A stretch of DNA of 64,000 bases from Giardia intestinalis (Eukaryota), in the NCBI GenBank assembly GCA_000002435.2, contig CM018792.1; one strand, given 5' to 3'. The notes below the pieces were generated by a model, which saw only the letters and a list, made by a program, of their open reading frames with translations, had not been told where the DNA came from and searched no databases. Below are positions 48,008 through 58,116 of this stretch, in pieces (within the stretch, counting starts at the first letter, position 1; each line of letters begins with the position of its first letter). The translations under genes were made by a program, and so were the position numbers.

Positions 48008-50341
48008 ATGCAGTCAAACTTCTCTGTCTGCGTGCGCGTCCGGCCTCTTATTGAGCGGGAAATTCGAGCGAGAGAGGAGGAAGTCATTCAGATTAGCGAC
48101 GAGTCCAAAGTTATCACCATACTGGAGCCCATGATCAGTTCAACAGTGGACACCGCAGCCTACGCTAGGCATAGTTTTACTTTCAACCAGGTCTTTGGGC
48201 CAAACGTTTCCCAAGCTCAAGTATATAATCAGCAATGCAAGCAGATAATAGATTCTGTTTTCCGTGGCTTCAATGCGACAATCTTGGCTTACGGACAAAC
48301 AGGGACAGGAAAATCCTTTACCATTTCTGGAACGCCTACAGAGCCGGGTATCATACCCAGAGCAATAGAGGATATCTTCGCTAAAATACACGAGGCAAAA
48401 GACACACAGTTTCTTCTGAGAGCTTCATTTCTGCAACTGTACAAGGAGCAGCTCCAAGACTTGCTGGACACTCGCACAAAGAACTTGCGTATTAGGGAGC
48501 AGCAGACCCAAGACGGCGTTCTGATTTATGTAGATAACCTATCGGAGTTTATTGTGCGAAATCCCCAAGAATTGTTTCAGCTTCTAGAGCATGGAGGAAA
48601 AAACCGCAAAATAGGACCCACACACATGAACGTAGAGTCGTCGCGTTCACACTCCGTTTTCTCTCTCACAATAGAGCAACGTAGCACCACGTGTGATGGA
48701 GGAATCATCTTATCTAAGTTAAATATTGTGGACTTGGCTGGAAGCGAGCGCATTTCAATGACTAAGGTTAATGGAGAGAGGCTTGAGGAGACAAAGAAGA
48801 TCAACTCCAGTCTTACGGCTCTGGGGAACGTTATTGCCGCGTTAATAGATCTAGAAAAAGGCAAGAGAAGTCACATTCCATACAGAGACTCCAAGCTCAC
48901 CAAACTTCTCCAGGATTCCTTAGGTGGAAACTGTAAGACAATCTTTATAGCAAATGTCACGCCATCCAGTTCTTCTTATCAGGAAACACTCAACACACTA
49001 AAATTTGCAGACAGAGCACGGAAAATCCAGAACAAGGCACACATCAACGAGAAATTCGATTCTAAAGTCATGATAAAGCGTTACGAGAAAGAGATATTAC
49101 GTTTGCGGCAGGAACTCAAGATGCTACAGAGCTTGGAGGGAAGTCAGTTGGACGGCAATGGTCAGCTGTGCCACCAATCTACGAACATTGTTTCTACAGA
49201 TAAGTACACGGCTGATCGCACGGCCATTTACAGCGAAATAGAGTCCAAGTCAAGAGAGGTGCTTGAGGAGAAGAGCTTGATAAAGAAGCTGCAAGATCGA
49301 ATCATATTATTGGAAAGCTATTTACAGGACAACACAGGTCAGACAAGAGCAGTGTCAGATGATGCCAACGACTGGGTTGCCAAGCTGAATCAGATAGAGC
49401 TAGAGCGAAACGAGCTTCTTAATGAGAAGCGGCACATTGAGCAGTACAGAGAGATGTTGCTGAAACAGAAAGATATCATTATATCTCTGACAGGAAAGCT
49501 CGATGAAAGAGACAAACATCTTAGTGAGCTGAATGAGCAACTAGAGGAGGCCGACGATGAGCAGCAGAACATCGAGGATGAGATAGTGTATCTTCGGCGA
49601 GCAGTACGGTTCTTGGCGGGAAAGCTGAAGCTTGGTGTCATCGTCGATGGCGAGGGCAACCTTTCTGACGAGTTCTGCAGGGAAAATAAGATCAAACCCG
49701 TGAAGTTTATGCGAGAGCAGCACGTCTTCATGGACTTTACCAGCATTGGGCCCGGACCTAATGTGGGTTTAGCATCTGAATTCCTTGCTGAAATGAAGGA
49801 GCACAGCGATACCAGTACAGGATCTACCTGTGATGGACAGACATTAGAACAGGAACGAGTCGCAGGGCTCCAAGAGATTCTATTAGAAAAGCAGTTGGAG
49901 GAAGAGGAACTCCGCAACAAAATTCTGGGGCTGAATGCAGAGATAGCGGCCGCAGAAAAAACGCTTTCAGAAGGCATTGAGCAGATCATGGCCACAGAGC
50001 TTGCCGACGGGTCTGCGTCTCGGGAGTGGGGGAGTAACTTTGCAAGTACTGACTACCTGAAAGAACGAGAGCGCTATGTTCAAATCTTGAAAGAAGCCAG
50101 CCACGAAAGGAGCCTGGTTCTCAAGATCTTTACAACCAAATTAAAGCCCATGCTGGAGTATGTTGGAACACTAATCAAAAGTCCGGATTACAAAAAGAGT
50201 GTCTATAAGCAGATGCTTTCCTTTGAGAATTTTGTCCTAGGAACGTCTGAGGCACTGGTAAATTCTACAGTAGCCCAAAAGACTAATAATCTCACCGCAA
50301 TCCCCAACGCATCCGAAATTGCCCCTGAAATCCAATTGTAG
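48008..50341 (+). CDS. kinesin-family motor protein (N-terminal motor, coiled-coil stalk)
   Basis: Motifs are GQTGTGKSFT, SSRSHSVF, LNIVDLAGSER and HIPYRDSKLT. Confidence 0.9.
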   Translation: MQSNFSVCVRVRPLIEREIRAREEEVIQISDESKVITILEPMISSTVDTAAYARHSFTFNQVFGPNVSQAQVYNQQCKQIIDSVFRGFNATILAYGQTGTGKSFTISGTPTEPGIIPRAIEDIFAKIHEAKDTQFLLRASFLQLYKEQLQDLLDTRTKNLRIREQQTQDGVLIYVDNLSEFIVRNPQELFQLLEHGGKNRKIGPTHMNVESSRSHSVFSLTIEQRSTTCDGGIILSKLNIVDLAGSERISMTKVNGERLEETKKINSSLTALGNVIAALIDLEKGKRSHIPYRDSKLTKLLQDSLGGNCKTIFIANVTPSSSSYQETLNTLKFADRARKIQNKAHINEKFDSKVMIKRYEKEILRLRQELKMLQSLEGSQLDGNGQLCHQSTNIVSTDKYTADRTAIYSEIESKSREVLEEKSLIKKLQDRIILLESYLQDNTGQTRAVSDDANDWVAKLNQIELERNELLNEKRHIEQYREMLLKQKDIIISLTGKLDERDKHLSELNEQLEEADDEQQNIEDEIVYLRRAVRFLAGKLKLGVIVDGEGNLSDEFCRENKIKPVKFMREQHVFMDFTSIGPGPNVGLASEFLAEMKEHSDTSTGSTCDGQTLEQERVAGLQEILLEKQLEEEELRNKILGLNAEIAAAEKTLSEGIEQIMATELADGSASREWGSNFASTDYLKERERYVQILKEASHERSLVLKIFTTKLKPMLEYVGTLIKSPDYKKSVYKQMLSFENFVLGTSEALVNSTVAQKTNNLTAIPNASEIAPEIQL

Positions 50342-50429
50342 CTCTGCTTTCTTGTGGGCTGCTTCTAGTATAATTTCAAAAAATTATATTTGCTCCGCTT
50401 CGTAAAAAACTTCAAAATCAGGGCAAGGT

Positions 50430-51146
50430 ATGAATGTTACACCTCCGCGAGCTTTTGAGAAGAAGATGGAGCAGCAAGCGCCCATGAAGCTTGTTCCAAA
50501 AATTAAGCCGGGGACCATAACGGCTCCGAAGCCGCGTCCAGGAAAGCGAACCAGCCCGTTTGAGATTCGCGACATGCCTCCAACAGAGTTTCGTCTCTAC
50601 TATAACCGCGGAGACATCCCCGCGTCCATCCAGCACGGATCATATAATAACCGCCTCCTTTGGAAGACTGAACTTCATAATTTAGATTATCATCACTACC
50701 TTCCGCTCTTCTTCGAGGGCCTCCGTGAGCTTCAGTACCCATACAACATCGTTGCGGAGCAAGGGACGCGAGACCTTTTGATGGCAGGGGGCCAGAGGAT
50801 AGTTCCAGTCATCCCCCAGCTGATCCTCCCCATCAAGCAGGCTCTTGACACGCGCAATGAGTTTATTATCTGCCGCGTTCTCCGATGCCTGCAGCTTCTT
50901 GTAAGTTCGGACGATCTGGTTGGCCCCGCGCTAGTGCCTTACTTCCGCCAGATTCTCCCTGTGTTCAATCTGTTCTACACGAGAAACATAAACATCGGTG
51001 ACTCTATTTACTATGGTCAAAAGGAGAATAACAATATCGGCGACCTTATTATGGAAACTCTGGAACTGTTTGAGAGGAAGGGTGGCTCGGATGCACTCAT
51101 CAACATACGGTACATGGTCCCTCAGTACCAGTCCTGCATCTTGTAA
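50430..51146 (+). CDS. PACRG: PACRG (parkin co-regulated gene) axonemal protein
   Basis: FRLYYNRGDIP..IQH, LDYHHYLPLFFEGLRE..YPY and VIPQLILPIKQALDTRN match the PACRG family pattern. Confidence 0.85.
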   Translation: MNVTPPRAFEKKMEQQAPMKLVPKIKPGTITAPKPRPGKRTSPFEIRDMPPTEFRLYYNRGDIPASIQHGSYNNRLLWKTELHNLDYHHYLPLFFEGLRELQYPYNIVAEQGTRDLLMAGGQRIVPVIPQLILPIKQALDTRNEFIICRVLRCLQLLVSSDDLVGPALVPYFRQILPVFNLFYTRNINIGDSIYYGQKENNNIGDLIMETLELFERKGGSDALINIRYMVPQYQSCIL

Positions 51147-51165
51147 ACAATTATTTCCGCCTCTT

Positions 51166-51534
51166 TTATGTGTCCTCTTGTGACCGATAGTTCTCGAGGA
51201 GCTCCAGAGTCAGTGCATGGTCTTCATCAGATTCAAACAGCAGGTCTAGGGGGTGAAGCGTGTCATAGAAGTAAAGGCGTATAATGAGGCCTAATGCCTT
51301 GAAGTTTGCAAGCGCTCCCATGCTCATCACGAAGTCCTTTTGGTACATGGGATCAATGTTTGCTTGGTTAATGAAGTAAAGCATGTTATTGCTATGCGCA
51401 ATGAAGCCTACAAACTGCTTGCAGTCATTGATTTCCATGCTGCTGCTGCACGGCACAAGGGTTACCCTGTTCTTTGTGTGCCACAGACACAGCTCTGGGA
51501 TACGCTCAAGGTCAACGAGGCACGGAATCAGCAT
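51166..51534 (-). CDS. hypothetical protein (122 aa)
   Basis: ATG-initiated ORF packed tightly between neighbouring genes. No family recognised. Confidence 0.4.
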   Translation of the reverse strand: MLIPCLVDLERIPELCLWHTKNRVTLVPCSSSMEINDCKQFVGFIAHSNNMLYFINQANIDPMYQKDFVMSMGALANFKALGLIIRLYFYDTLHPLDLLFESDEDHALTLELLENYRSQEDT

Positions 51535-51554
51535 CTACGGTCGAAGAACAAGCT

Positions 51555-53183
51555 CTATAGGGGAAAGAGGACAGGGTTTTTATTTTGCATATCCATCCTG
51601 CTACTAGAAACCCCTTGGTAGAACTCAGGCGTTGCTAAAGAGCCCTGTTGGAGCTCGTGCAGACCAGCATCACTCTCTTCAACCAGTACTATTGATTTAC
51701 CTCGGCGCCCGGCTTCCTTCTGGATAGAGCAATCAGGGACGTCAAGAGGTTCATCCACCACACTGGTCACAACAGTGGACAATGCGAAAGTCGAACTGAT
51801 AGGGGCTGGTTCTTGCCGAAGGTCGTGTCTTCTATGTATAGATCCGCTAACGTCTGTGGCCGCATCAGCAGAGTAATTAGAATCGGATCGCGAATAGTGA
51901 GTGATCGGTGATAGAAGGGCCGCTAGCTCTGTACGCTTGATATATTCTGTAGCCACAGGGTTGAGCATCGCTGAATGCGGCGGAGGAGTAAATATGTGCT
52001 CAGAAGACGACGCAGGCTGCCAATCTTCAATGGACGGTTGAGCTATGAGGGAGTAAAATTGGGCAGTAGGAAGCACGCCCTCTGGAAGACCCTTGTAGGA
52101 AAAAAGATTGCAGATAGTATCCTCAACAGCAGATAGCGTGTTCCAGCCAGCAGGCAGAAGAAATGTAGTTATTTTAAAGGAAGTAAGAGAGAAAAGGAAT
52201 GCCATAAACCCGCGTAGGTCATCTAAAAGATCAGCTTCAGAAACAGGGTGCGCAAGCTTTCCTCCAAAACTCAAGAGAATGGAGTATATCACAAGGATGG
52301 TTACTGGTGAATACAAGCGGCATGGCACGTCGGAGAGCCGAGAGGCAAGGTCTTTAAAGTTAGAAAGGGAGTCACTTGTCTTGCTAGCCAACAGGAAAAG
52401 GGCTTCCGATATATTTGCCTGCTGGTCATGTAACGTACTTGTCTGCGTGGCTTGTGTAGCCTGAGATAGACGAGTTGCTGAATCTACAGACTTTGCTGGC
52501 TGATCTCTCTGCAGGGACATTACAGTCGATGGATAGAACGAGGACAGATAATATAGGGGAATAAGTGCTGCGCAGGGCGGTGCAATACTATCCATGCTCT
52601 GTGGAAGTAGGGGGATGCCACTGGTGTTAATGAGAAGATGGAATAGTGGCCAAGTTCTGCCATGGGCGACGGCTGATGGCAATCGATCAACGCGCATGGC
52701 ACCAGAATAAGTTTTTGTGGCTTGGTCGTTCATCAGTTTAAGTAGAAGGTTCTGTATATTGATCGATTGGTTATTGCAGCGCCCCTGGAAGAGGCTAGCA
52801 ATAACCTGCTCAGCGGCATATGCTTCTGTGCAAGATGCCGCATACATAGAGCAGTTTATCGCTGTGAGAAGTATGCAAGAAGTTGACTCCTCTTCTAGAG
52901 CCTGAATGGTGCTTGAATGGAGTTGTGCCTCTTGGGGACTAAGAAAAGACACAAAGCGGATAGTAACGCAGTGATTGCCAATAGTTGTCGTAGCACAGTT
53001 CAAAAACTGATCTTGGTAGATGAATGTATCCGTGAGAGACGAGTCGATGCTGGTGAACAAGGCCGTGCAGAGGTCGCGTGCGAGTCTCCACGCATCGTTA
53101 AAGAGGAAGAAGGTAAGAATGTGCTCGCTTTCCTGGTCCGAGACCCAGCTTGACGTGGCCAGCTGGGGAATACTGTCTGTCAT
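51555..53183 (-). CDS. hypothetical protein (542 aa)
   Basis: Long ATG-initiated ORF of host composition. Confidence 0.55.
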   Translation of the reverse strand: MTDSIPQLATSSWVSDQESEHILTFFLFNDAWRLARDLCTALFTSIDSSLTDTFIYQDQFLNCATTTIGNHCVTIRFVSFLSPQEAQLHSSTIQALEEESTSCILLTAINCSMYAASCTEAYAAEQVIASLFQGRCNNQSINIQNLLLKLMNDQATKTYSGAMRVDRLPSAVAHGRTWPLFHLLINTSGIPLLPQSMDSIAPPCAALIPLYYLSSFYPSTVMSLQRDQPAKSVDSATRLSQATQATQTSTLHDQQANISEALFLLASKTSDSLSNFKDLASRLSDVPCRLYSPVTILVIYSILLSFGGKLAHPVSEADLLDDLRGFMAFLFSLTSFKITTFLLPAGWNTLSAVEDTICNLFSYKGLPEGVLPTAQFYSLIAQPSIEDWQPASSSEHIFTPPPHSAMLNPVATEYIKRTELAALLSPITHYSRSDSNYSADAATDVSGSIHRRHDLRQEPAPISSTFALSTVVTSVVDEPLDVPDCSIQKEAGRRGKSIVLVEESDAGLHELQQGSLATPEFYQGVSSSRMDMQNKNPVLFPL

Positions 53184-53260
53184 GTGCTGTACGAGTTTGC
53201 CTTTGCATTAAAGAAATGATTTTGAATTGACTTTAGAAGGACAAATTTGAGGTGGGCTGA

Positions 53261-53698
53261 ATGTCTCGCAAAGTAACCTACGCGCCGGAGAATCTTCCAG
53301 CGAAGAACAACAACAGCGAGGCCTTCGCTGTGTGCCACATCTACGCGGGCAAGAACGACACATTCATCCATGTGACCGACCTCTCGGGCCGCGAGACCAT
53401 TGGCCGTGTGTCAGGTGGAATGAAGGTGAAGCGCCACTGTGATGAGCCATCGGCATACGCTGCAATGCAGGCCACCCAGGATCTTATCGAGATCATTACC
53501 GACCGCGGTATAACCGCCGTGCACATCAAGATCCGCGCCGACGGCGGCACGGGCAAGCGCGTCTATGGCCAGGGCGGCAGTGCTGCCATCCGCGCCCTTG
53601 TGCGCGGTGGGATCAAGATAGGGCGTATAGAAGACTCCACCCCGATACCTACAGATCGCACGCGCCACAAGGGTGGTCGCCGCGGTCGCCGTCTGTAA
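53261..53698 (+). CDS. RPS14: 40S ribosomal protein S14 (uS11)
   Basis: The uS11 pattern is present: [19 protein letters not shown]...V.GGMKVK...DE.S.YAAM.A, ending in GRRGRRL. Confidence 0.9.
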   Translation: MSRKVTYAPENLPAKNNNSEAFAVCHIYAGKNDTFIHVTDLSGRETIGRVSGGMKVKRHCDEPSAYAAMQATQDLIEIITDRGITAVHIKIRADGGTGKRVYGQGGSAAIRALVRGGIKIGRIEDSTPIPTDRTRHKGGRRGRRL

Positions 53699-53759
53699 GC
53701 CAGTAAATCGGTACCGAACTCCCTCTATGTTTACATAACACGGCGCTTGTTCGTTTTGG

Positions 53760-55400
53760 TCACTCCTCCCATCCATCCAGGTTATAGTTGTCCTCTTCAT
53801 CAGAAGCGGCCTTTTTAGGAGTGCTAAGGCGCTGCATGTCTAGATCTGCAGTTAGTTGACCGCCTTTTTCTGAAGAAACCTTGTCTTGAGGGACAGAATC
53901 ACCGCGGGCTTGGTCCTGCGGATCTCTGTCAGATTCTCCATTCATCTCGGCAGCCAGATCAAAATGATCATCCTGCTCGCTCATGTTTGCCAATGACTGC
54001 GCTTCTTGTCCACTCAGATCCAATTCAGCGTTATGAGTGCGATCAGCAACCGCTGCGTCATCGACGTGAGTCTCTGCCTCGTCAAAATAGTCATCATTGT
54101 CAGGCAGACCCTCCTGCTGGGGCTCTGCAATCGTGTCATCGGCTACAATGGTCGTCTGCCTGTAGGTGTCAGTAGGGACAAATGTCCGTGTACCTGCAGC
54201 CACGGTGTACTCGTCTGCTATATATTTCTTGAGAATGGATTCTCCATCTAGCGTAAGAATAGTCTTGTTCGCCATCTGTGCGGAATACAGTGCCTCGCCA
54301 CTCTTGTCTGTAGCCATAATATCCTGTCCGGTTTCGTCGAGACTGAATGGTGAGTCATTAGGAGCTTTCTTTAGCTTCACCATCTCGTGCTTATGCTTCA
54401 GAACAATCTCATGCATGATGTTGGTTTGTCTATTGGTCAACTTATCCTTATCCAGCTGATAGGATTCATTCAGTGCCTTTCTGCCGAATTTTATCTTATT
54501 CTCAAGTATTTCTGTTTCAACCACTTGGCGAGATTGCATCTTCTTACGTAGTCGCACGATATTCTGATGGGCCTCTAGGCTTCTCTTCTCATCTTCAAGC
54601 TGTTGCTGGGCATCTGCTTCTCCCCTCTTCTTCGTAGCATCCTTATATCTTCCTGCACGTAAAAGTTGTGCCTGCGTATACCGCATATCAAGCAGCTTCG
54701 AGGAGTATTTAGGGTGAACCTCAGCGTGCTTCTTCTCTAAAGAAGCTGTGTATTCATCTAGTTCTGCCTTTTGCTTATTTGCAAGAGTCTCACGCATGTT
54801 CTTGACCTCTGCTTCGAAGTTTATCCTCCGTGTCTTATAGGCCTCTTCAAGTTCCAGCCTTTCCTCCTCAAACTGTGCTTCTACAACGCTGACTTCTAGC
54901 TCTTGCTTCCTCTTAAGGCGACCTATTCGCAGCTTCTTGTCCTCAGCAAAAACGGACACCAACTTAAGGCGAATGTTGTCGGCCCGGATATACTCCTCTG
55001 CAGCCTCTAAGTCAGCCCGTGCCTGACGCATACGCCGTATCTTATCGTGAAGTGCAAATATCTGATCATCCATTTCGTCCACATATGGAGCGGCTTCTTC
55101 AACGGCAAAGGATTCATCGTCATATTTAGCAGTTATTTCACTTATATTCGTTATGCCACCTGGTCCGTCGGTGGTATTGCCGTACGATTTGTTCTGTAAA
55201 TCATCCGATTGCTGCGATCTAGGTGCCCCGTTTTCCTGGGGTGTGCGTAGCCGCATCAATTCACAGGAGGAGCCTGGTGACTGGATTGTATACTTGTTAG
55301 CATCACTTTCAATTTGGTCTTTGGTTGTATCGAAGCCCGGGGTAACAAGGCGCGCCAGTTCAACATCGTTAGCGGCATTCTGGTACATCTTGGGAGGCAT
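53760..55400 (-). CDS. coiled-coil protein, hypothetical (~546 aa)
   Basis: The track start is TTG. The ATG at 55400 follows 'ttctaaaaat'. The central region is long and heptad-rich. Confidence 0.55.
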   Translation of the reverse strand: MPPKMYQNAANDVELARLVTPGFDTTKDQIESDANKYTIQSPGSSCELMRLRTPQENGAPRSQQSDDLQNKSYGNTTDGPGGITNISEITAKYDDESFAVEEAAPYVDEMDDQIFALHDKIRRMRQARADLEAAEEYIRADNIRLKLVSVFAEDKKLRIGRLKRKQELEVSVVEAQFEEERLELEEAYKTRRINFEAEVKNMRETLANKQKAELDEYTASLEKKHAEVHPKYSSKLLDMRYTQAQLLRAGRYKDATKKRGEADAQQQLEDEKRSLEAHQNIVRLRKKMQSRQVVETEILENKIKFGRKALNESYQLDKDKLTNRQTNIMHEIVLKHKHEMVKLKKAPNDSPFSLDETGQDIMATDKSGEALYSAQMANKTILTLDGESILKKYIADEYTVAAGTRTFVPTDTYRQTTIVADDTIAEPQQEGLPDNDDYFDEAETHVDDAAVADRTHNAELDLSGQEAQSLANMSEQDDHFDLAAEMNGESDRDPQDQARGDSVPQDKVSSEKGGQLTADLDMQRLSTPKKAASDEEDNYNLDGWEE

Positions 55401-56287
55401 ATTTTTAGAATTCCGTGGAAGTTTAATTTTTCCGCTATCGCATGAAAGACGCTGGCTTTGACGTCCGGTCGACAGAAGCCACGCATTCTCCTGATGAGGA
55501 CTTCCCAAAAATGGAAAGCGGCTTTGTGAGCCTTGACCCAGAAGAGGAGAAGCTTTTGGCAGAAATTAGGACAGATCTCGAAGGTATGAAGAAGAAAGAA
55601 GCAGCTATGGAGGCGCTTCTTCAAGAGCTTGCAGCGTCTAACAAGATAACTTATGCGGCCATAGCCGCTCACTCGGGTGTTTCTGTCCCAGCTGCTCCTT
55701 AGTGTTTTGGTACTGATGGCATTGCTCAGGTTAGGTATACGGGCATCTGCGGGCCAGTGAAAATGACTGCCATCTTCGAGATCAATCTGTGCGGAAGGTG
55801 TCGTGTAAACAGATGCATACCAGTAAAGCACATTCTTTTCGCTTCCTTAGTGCGTGAGTTTGTTGGTGAGAAGGTACGGATTCTGATGTTTCTAAGTCAG
55901 GGACACTGCTATGAGATATAGGTCTTTATCTAGATAGATGAGTGTTTTCTTGAAATCCCAGGACACTCCTGCCAGCCCTAATTGAACATATTTCAGTATT
56001 TATGCTATCAAGCGTTTTTGCCACAGTATGCTCAGAGTCTTGGTCTATCTATTAACACCCATTTACAAAGGCGCTATGTTATGAGAAATTTAAATTAGGT
56101 ATATAAGAATAGATTAAATGTATAGATAGTTAAGTACAATTGAACACAAAATTTAATTAACTTCAAGAGCTATGACAAACACACCATGAGACTCACTTAG
56201 AAGCAACCAAAAAGAAACAAAGAGGAGCATGAGCTAACTATAAGGCTTTCTATAGATGGTTCAAACGTGTAATTCTCGGTATTTAAA

Positions 56288-56911
56288 CTAAAGAGTAAGC
56301 TTAAGAAATACGAAGGCCAGGGGGTAGAAGCCGCGGCGCGAGAGCTCCGTGACCCGCGCGAGGAGCCCCTGCTTCCGGCGCTCCTGGAGCTCGGCGCCGC
56401 ACATCGCGAGGGCCTCGTAGCGCCGCCGCTCGACGGCCTGCGCGCCGGAGGGCTCTGCCTCCCGGGGCCGCGGGGGAGCCCTGGGGGCTGCGGGCCCTGC
56501 GGTGCCGGCGGCGCACCCCGCGTACAGCGAGGCCGCGAGCTCGGGCGGGAAGCGGGCGGCGTACCCGGCCTGGAACGCGTCGGCGAGGAGGCGCAGGTCG
56601 ACGCGCGGCGGGTCTGCAGGGGCCCCGGCCCGGGGGAGGAGCCGCAGCTGGCCGCGGAGGAAGCCGGCGCCCTGGTCCTCGGCCGCCCGGGCCACCCGCG
56701 CCTCCAGGCTCCGGGCAGACAGGCGCACCGTGGCGGACAGCGCGGCCTCCGTCTGCAGCATCAGGCCGACGTCCCCCCGGGGCTGGGCGGCGTAGGACTC
56801 GTAGCCGTCCCGGAGCTCGGCCAGGAGCGCCGTGACCGCCGCGTGGTCCCGGGCCTGCGCGGCCGCCTGCACCCGGGCGGAGACGCTCGCGAGGCGCGCA
56901 CGGGGCTCCAT
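56288..56911 (-). CDS. cassette gene A, C-terminally truncated form (207 aa)
   Basis: Codons 1-202 are identical to copy 1. At the repeat edge the frame runs into the local flank and ends ...FVFLKLTL then TAG. Confidence 0.5.
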   Translation of the reverse strand: MEPRARLASVSARVQAAAQARDHAAVTALLAELRDGYESYAAQPRGDVGLMLQTEAALSATVRLSARSLEARVARAAEDQGAGFLRGQLRLLPRAGAPADPPRVDLRLLADAFQAGYAARFPPELAASLYAGCAAGTAGPAAPRAPPRPREAEPSGAQAVERRRYEALAMCGAELQERRKQGLLARVTELSRRGFYPLAFVFLKLTL

Positions 56912-56953
56912 CGGACGGGGCGGAATTTTGCCGGCCGGCCAAAAATTCACTCG

Positions 56954-58093
56954 ATGGACTGCATCGGCCGCGGCGTCCTCCTCCCCCCGGGCGGGGCGTG
57001 CTCGTGCGGGGCGCTTCTGGCGGAGCTGCAGCGGGTCTGCCCCCTCCTCGCCGCCTCCCCGGAGGTCTGCGCCGCGCCCCGGGCCCTTGTCTGCTGCCGC
57101 CAGCCCCCGTGCCTCGAGATCGCGCCGGCGCCGGCCACCCCGAGCAGCGCCGTCCGGGTCCCTGGGTCCGCGTGCACGGCTCCACCGCCCGCCGCAGGGC
57201 CCCCGGAGGCCGCCCCGGCCGAGAGCGTCCAGGTGACCCTCAGCGCCCAGCGCGAGTCGTTCGTGATGCAGACGATGCGGCAGGCGCACTACGGCGGCGG
57301 AGAGGCCCCCGCGAGGGCGGAGAGCGCCCGCCTGCCCGCCCCGCAGGCCTCGGACCCGAGGGAGGCCCGGCGGAGCCACGCGTCCCGCCCGCGGACGGCC
57401 GGCCCCCGCCTCCCCGCCTGCCCCGAGGAGCCCCCCGGCAGGGTCCAGTTCCGGGGCGCCCCCGAGGCCCCGCCCCTGCGCTGCGAGCCGGCCCCGCCCT
57501 CCGAGTTCAGCGACTTCGGGTGCGAGCTGCTCGCGGCGGGCCAGCCCGAGGACCGGCGGGTCTGCGGCGCCCCGTGGGTGGACGCGCAGGACCTGCTGAG
57601 CGACGGCTCCGAGCACAGCGAGTTCTACCGCCTCGTCGAGAGGGAGCTTGCGCGGCTTCCGGAGCCCGCGGCCCCGGCCCTCCCGGAGAGCGAGCCCTCG
57701 CTGGACGCGCTGCCCGTGCACGCCTCGCCCCGGGGCCCGCAGATCATCGAGCCCACGCCGGCCGCCCTGCAGGAGCCAGAGGAGCCCGCGCCCCCGCAGC
57801 CCCCCACGCCGGGCCGCTCCGACAGCGTCTCGGCAGACATCACGGAGTCGCTCCTCGTGGAGGGCCGGCCCCTGCCCGACCGCCCCCCGGGCCCGGAGCC
57901 GTCCGAGGGCAGCCCCGGGTACAGCGGAGAGGCCTTCGACAGCTCCGGCTCGCCCCGGGGCCTGACCGACGAGGCCGCGGGGTCTGCGGGCCTGGACGAG
58001 GAGGACCTGCTGGGGTCCGTCGGCGGGGACCTGCGGGCGCTGCTCATGGACAGCGGGTCCGGGTCGCTGTCTGCGGGGGCCTGGCCGGAGTGA
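56954..58093 (+). CDS. cassette gene B, copy 2
   Basis: It has the same signals as copy 1 and differs by 5 amino-acid changes and 1 synonymous change. Confidence 0.55.
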   Translation: MDCIGRGVLLPPGGACSCGALLAELQRVCPLLAASPEVCAAPRALVCCRQPPCLEIAPAPATPSSAVRVPGSACTAPPPAAGPPEAAPAESVQVTLSAQRESFVMQTMRQAHYGGGEAPARAESARLPAPQASDPREARRSHASRPRTAGPRLPACPEEPPGRVQFRGAPEAPPLRCEPAPPSEFSDFGCELLAAGQPEDRRVCGAPWVDAQDLLSDGSEHSEFYRLVERELARLPEPAAPALPESEPSLDALPVHASPRGPQIIEPTPAALQEPEEPAPPQPPTPGRSDSVSADITESLLVEGRPLPDRPPGPEPSEGSPGYSGEAFDSSGSPRGLTDEAAGSAGLDEEDLLGSVGGDLRALLMDSGSGSLSAGAWPE

Positions 58094-58116
58094 ACTCGGG
58101 AGAGCCTTTTTATTGA